From: an uncultured Lachnospiraceae bacterium
GTDB taxonomy: Bacteria > Bacillota > Clostridia > Lachnospirales > Lachnospiraceae
Assembly (NCBI GenBank): GCA_902789665.1
Contig: CADAOY010000007.1
Location: 1,057-65,056, forward strand
Reading direction: 5' to 3'
Length of the DNA stretch: 64,000 bases
In this document: positions 61,801-64,000 of the stretch, in pieces
Layout of the letters: every line of letters begins with the position of its first letter
How positions within the stretch are numbered: the first letter of the stretch is position 1
Notes under the pieces: generated by a model
What the model was told of the DNA's origin: nothing
Seen by the model: the letters and a program-made list of their open reading frames with translations, nothing else
The model's database searches: none
Translations under genes and position numbers: made by a program

Positions 61801-63412
61801 GTATTCTGATTTTACATCACCGGAAGTTGAGAAATATTCACAAAGTTCGGGTGTAGATATGCCGGACAGAATATGTCCTAAGTGCGGTGAGAAACTTACC
61901 AAGGATGGATTTAATATTCCATTTGCTACATTCCTTGGATTTAAAGCTAATAAGGAACCTGATATCGACCTTAACTTCTCCGGTGAATATCAGGCTAAGG
62001 CTCACAGATATACGGAGGTTATTTTTGGACCGGGTCAGACTTTCAGAGCCGGTACTTATGGTACTGTGGCAGAGAAGACAGCCTATGCCTATGTAGATGA
62101 TTATTACGTTAAACATGGTGAGAATAAAAGACGTTTTGAGAAAGAGAGAATATCTCAGGGCTGTACAAATATTAAGAGATCATCCGGTCAGCATCCGGGT
62201 GGTATCATAGTTCTTCCTCTTGGAAGGGAAATTAATGAATTTACACCGATTCAGAAAGCGGAAGATGATGAGGGTAAAGTAATTATTACAACCCATTTTG
62301 AATATCATGCCATTGATAATAACCTGCTTAAGCTTGACATACTTGGACACGATGATCCGAGTATGCTTAAGATGCTTCAGGATTTATCAGGCATAAATCC
62401 TAATGATATTCCGATTGATGACAGAAAGATATTATCTTTATTCCAGACACCTGATGTTCTTGGAATTACTTCAGAACAGATTAACGGATGTAAGACAGGA
62501 ACAAGAGGCATACCTGAATTTGGTACAGACCTTGCGATTGACATGCTTGTTGAAACCAATCCACAGTCAGTTGCGGACCTTGTTAGAATATCAGGTTTGT
62601 CCCATGGTACTGATGTATGGCGTGGTAATGCTCAGACTCTTATCCAGGAAGGAAAATGTATTCTTTCATCAGCTATCTGTTGTCGTGATGATATTATGGT
62701 TTATCTTATCCATAAAGGCATTGAACCGGAAACAGCATTCAACATTATGGAGAATGTTAGAAAAGGTAAGGTTGCAAAGGGTAAGTGCGATAAGTGGGAA
62801 GAGTGGAAGCAGATTATGATTGATCATGGTATACCTGACTGGTATATCTGGTCCTGCGAAAAGATTCAGTACATGTTCCCTAAGGCACATGCTGCAGCTT
62901 ATGTTACACTGGCCTGCAGAATCGCATATTTTAAAATTTATCATCCCCTTGTTTATTATGCAGCATTCTTCTCAATAAGAGCCAAGGGCTTTAACTATGA
63001 GAAGATTGTAAGAGGTAAAGACAGATTCTACTCAGAACTTAAGAGAGTAAGAGAACAGTCTGCCAATGGTAAGCTTAATAATACTGACAAGGATTTCCTT
63101 AATACAGCTAATCTGGTAGAGGAAATGTTTGCAAGAGGCTTTGATTTTATGCCTATTGATATGTCCAGAGTTAATGCTTCCAAGTTCCAGATTATAGATG
63201 GAAAACTTATGCCAAGTCTTGATACCATTGATGGTGTTGGCGGAATCGCGGATAAAATCGTTAACGCATCCAAAGGTGTTACTTTCTTCTCAAGAGAAGA
63301 TTTCAAGAATAAAACCGGATGCCCTGAAACCATATCCCTTAAACTTAAGGAACTGGGCATACTGGGTAATATACCGGATCAAAGTCAGCTGACTTTATTT
63401 GATTTTATGTAA
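58805..63412 (+). CDS. polC: DNA polymerase III PolC-type; integral 3'-5' exonuclease apparently inactive
   Basis: OB fold; PHP (HLHT, TDH, GVEA, YH, SAC, CDVH); Zn finger; GSRGSVGSS; EPDIDLNF; KLDILGHDDP; YMFPKAHAAAY. Exo motifs degenerate. Confidence 0.97.
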   Translation: MKQFLEVFDKIDIDDSALRNALESSYVDNIVASDDKTLINIDFYCDKLIQKNDIKKLERQIKNYYFNRTNLTVKLVVKYDLNGQYTPENFYKAYKDSIEEEAENYSMVLYVILNNADISFDDNIVKVVIEDTPLYREKQEEVRSFFEMIFNSRCNFKCIIDIQYKDKNTNIYREINDHETKMMVKDICERLSDDYVEDDNTVIKAGRKSSLIITDDEPIKAEGDGSGKKEDNGDKKENKEAEPGAKAPKKEAATGGSGNKKDKGKFQKKDKFDGAYRKKRHFKVDDDSDLLFGRAFHGDEITLKEAYTGYSEVIVKGKIIKIDNEKEIREGTYLYIFVIYDLTESIGVKVFCDSSQIEELRETLAVGKYVKLKGSVTEDSFSGDVIIDKVRGIYEIQNFMKVAQRMDYHPNKRVELHLHTNFSEMDAVTPVDKLIQRAVDWGMNAMAITDHAVVQSFPIAYHYLQDKVKTDFKLIYGVEAYMVDDSLVPVKGATEELINDDFVVINIKTTGLSNVVNKIVEINAIKFVDGEVKESFHKYVNPLEPVSYKVEDEIGISNAKLAMEDSIYEVLPEFLAFVEGYIIVGHNLDFALGFIKKACEYHNVDFNPVGVDTMELARNFMDISRFKLETVCKHVKIKVDSETSASLCKANGDLYLYFAKELTQKNLIKLTEINDFARNNKDRLVKYKPYHVIILAKNDIGRLNLYRIVSTSHVEYLRHAGKKNIPVIPRSYINEHREGLIVGSACSEGELFKAILENKEDDIIASIVNFYDYLEIQPLGNNEYLLREGLYGVESRDDLIDLNKKIVSLGEQFDKPVCATCDVHFMDPEDEIYRRIIQFKEGFADADKQPPIYFRTTDEMLKEFGYLGPKKAEEVVITNTNLIADMVEVISPVHPDKCPPEIPHSDEMLRKICYDKAHAMYGDPLPEVVQSRLDTELNSIINAGYANLYIIAQKLVWKSNEDGYLVGSRGSVGSSLVATMAGISEVNPLPPHYYCTKCQYSDFTSPEVEKYSQSSGVDMPDRICPKCGEKLTKDGFNIPFATFLGFKANKEPDIDLNFSGEYQAKAHRYTEVIFGPGQTFRAGTYGTVAEKTAYAYVDDYYVKHGENKRRFEKERISQGCTNIKRSSGQHPGGIIVLPLGREINEFTPIQKAEDDEGKVIITTHFEYHAIDNNLLKLDILGHDDPSMLKMLQDLSGINPNDIPIDDRKILSLFQTPDVLGITSEQINGCKTGTRGIPEFGTDLAIDMLVETNPQSVADLVRISGLSHGTDVWRGNAQTLIQEGKCILSSAICCRDDIMVYLIHKGIEPETAFNIMENVRKGKVAKGKCDKWEEWKQIMIDHGIPDWYIWSCEKIQYMFPKAHAAAYVTLACRIAYFKIYHPLVYYAAFFSIRAKGFNYEKIVRGKDRFYSELKRVREQSANGKLNNTDKDFLNTANLVEEMFARGFDFMPIDMSRVNASKFQIIDGKLMPSLDTIDGVGGIADKIVNASKGVTFFSREDFKNKTGCPETISLKLKELGILGNIPDQSQLTLFDFM

Positions 63413-63422
63413 TATTTTCTGT

Positions 63423-63448
63423 GGTTGCTGCCTAATATGGCAGCAACC
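63423..63448 (+). terminator. Hairpin after polC
   Basis: GGTTGCTGCC-TAATAT-GGCAGCAACC; T-run is 8 nt away. Confidence 0.55.
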
Positions 63449-63562
63449 CGGTAATGTTTTTAATCTAAATTCTTTTAATTCAAAATTCAATTTCTTTATT
63501 CATAATTATTTCCATATTTCGTTAAAAAGTGTGTATTTTGAACAATTTAACTAGGAGGTATT

Positions 63563-64000
63563 ATGACTAAAAAAATAAGAAAGTCATTATTTATAGGCCT
63601 TATGGCTTTATTAGTGTGCCTGTATATATTTATGTCTTTAAACATTCATGTCGCATCAGCAACTGTTGTGATGGGTGATCAGATTAGTTATGGAGACTAT
63701 ATACCGGGCTCAACATGGACAACTCATTATTACTATGTAAATAACAATATTGCTTACTGTGTTGAACCTAAGGAGCCTTCGGTTCCATCAGGTAATTATT
63801 ATAATATTCAGACTGCAAACTCTCATCAGCTTAATTTATTATGCAGGGTTTTGGCCTATGGATATGGAGGACCATATGATTTGACAGCGAGCATATGGCC
63901 TGGCGCATCTGATACGCAAAGATATTTGTATACTCATATAGCTGCAGCATATGCCTATCAGTCGGGATATACCCTGGAAATTACAGGTCTTACTGAAGAA
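63563..64000 (+). CDS. N-terminus of a secreted thioester-domain (TED)-like surface adhesin, truncated at window end
   Basis: AGGAGG RBS; signal peptide; IAYCVEP motif; LAYGYGGP; YLYTHIAAAYAY. Frame open to base 64000; absent from the ORF track. Confidence 0.65.
   Translation, partial: MTKKIRKSLFIGLMALLVCLYIFMSLNIHVASATVVMGDQISYGDYIPGSTWTTHYYYVNNNIAYCVEPKEPSVPSGNYYNIQTANSHQLNLLCRVLAYGYGGPYDLTASIWPGASDTQRYLYTHIAAAYAYQSGYTLEITGLTEE

Noticed and set aside
1-64000. rRNA, tRNA, IS transposase, integrase or prophage genes
   Set aside because: None recognised by eye; a tRNAscan/Infernal run would be needed to exclude small RNAs formally.

Overview
AT-rich Firmicutes (Clostridia, most likely Lachnospiraceae-like) chromosomal segment, mostly coded on the + strand. 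No rRNA, tRNA, transposase, integrase or cas genes were recognised. In order: the end of a type IV pilus locus (PilN/PilO-like genes, then four prepilin-like genes); GNAT; rlmI-like MTase, DUF3737 and MIF tautomerase; a PBP4B-like lipoprotein; a GGDEF cyclase; NUDIX; a CIRCE-controlled hsp20; alpha/beta hydrolase, cysE and patatin; an EAL protein; cheV; a large acidic membrane protein with hisH-hisF-ung-lysA; a solo dynamin-like GTPase; PFOR; a five-gene regulatory block (DRTGG, RsbT-like kinase, atypical [FeFe]-hydrogenase, DRTGG, PHP) divergent from an electron-bifurcating-type [FeFe]-hydrogenase operon; a CAP/SH3 lipoprotein, alaS and rpsU; a long operon scpA-scpB-deacetylase-bactofilin-pyrH-frr-uppS-cdsA-dxr-rseP-rfbF; a degenerate PP2C-like ORF with a Ser/Thr kinase; ispG; polC; and the start of a thioester-domain surface protein. 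Most notable: (1) PolC has lost every catalytic residue of its integral proofreading exonuclease while its PHP metal ligands and polymerase aspartates are intact; (2) the putative H2-sensing phosphorylation switch next to the hydrogenase; (3) a family of GC/G-rich intergenic repeats sharing an exact 19-nt core at two sites 14.6 kb apart; (4) a pseudophosphatase/kinase pair and an orphan rfbF inserted into the dxr-rseP-ispG-polC region. All protein assignments come from motif recognition by eye; no database searches were run.
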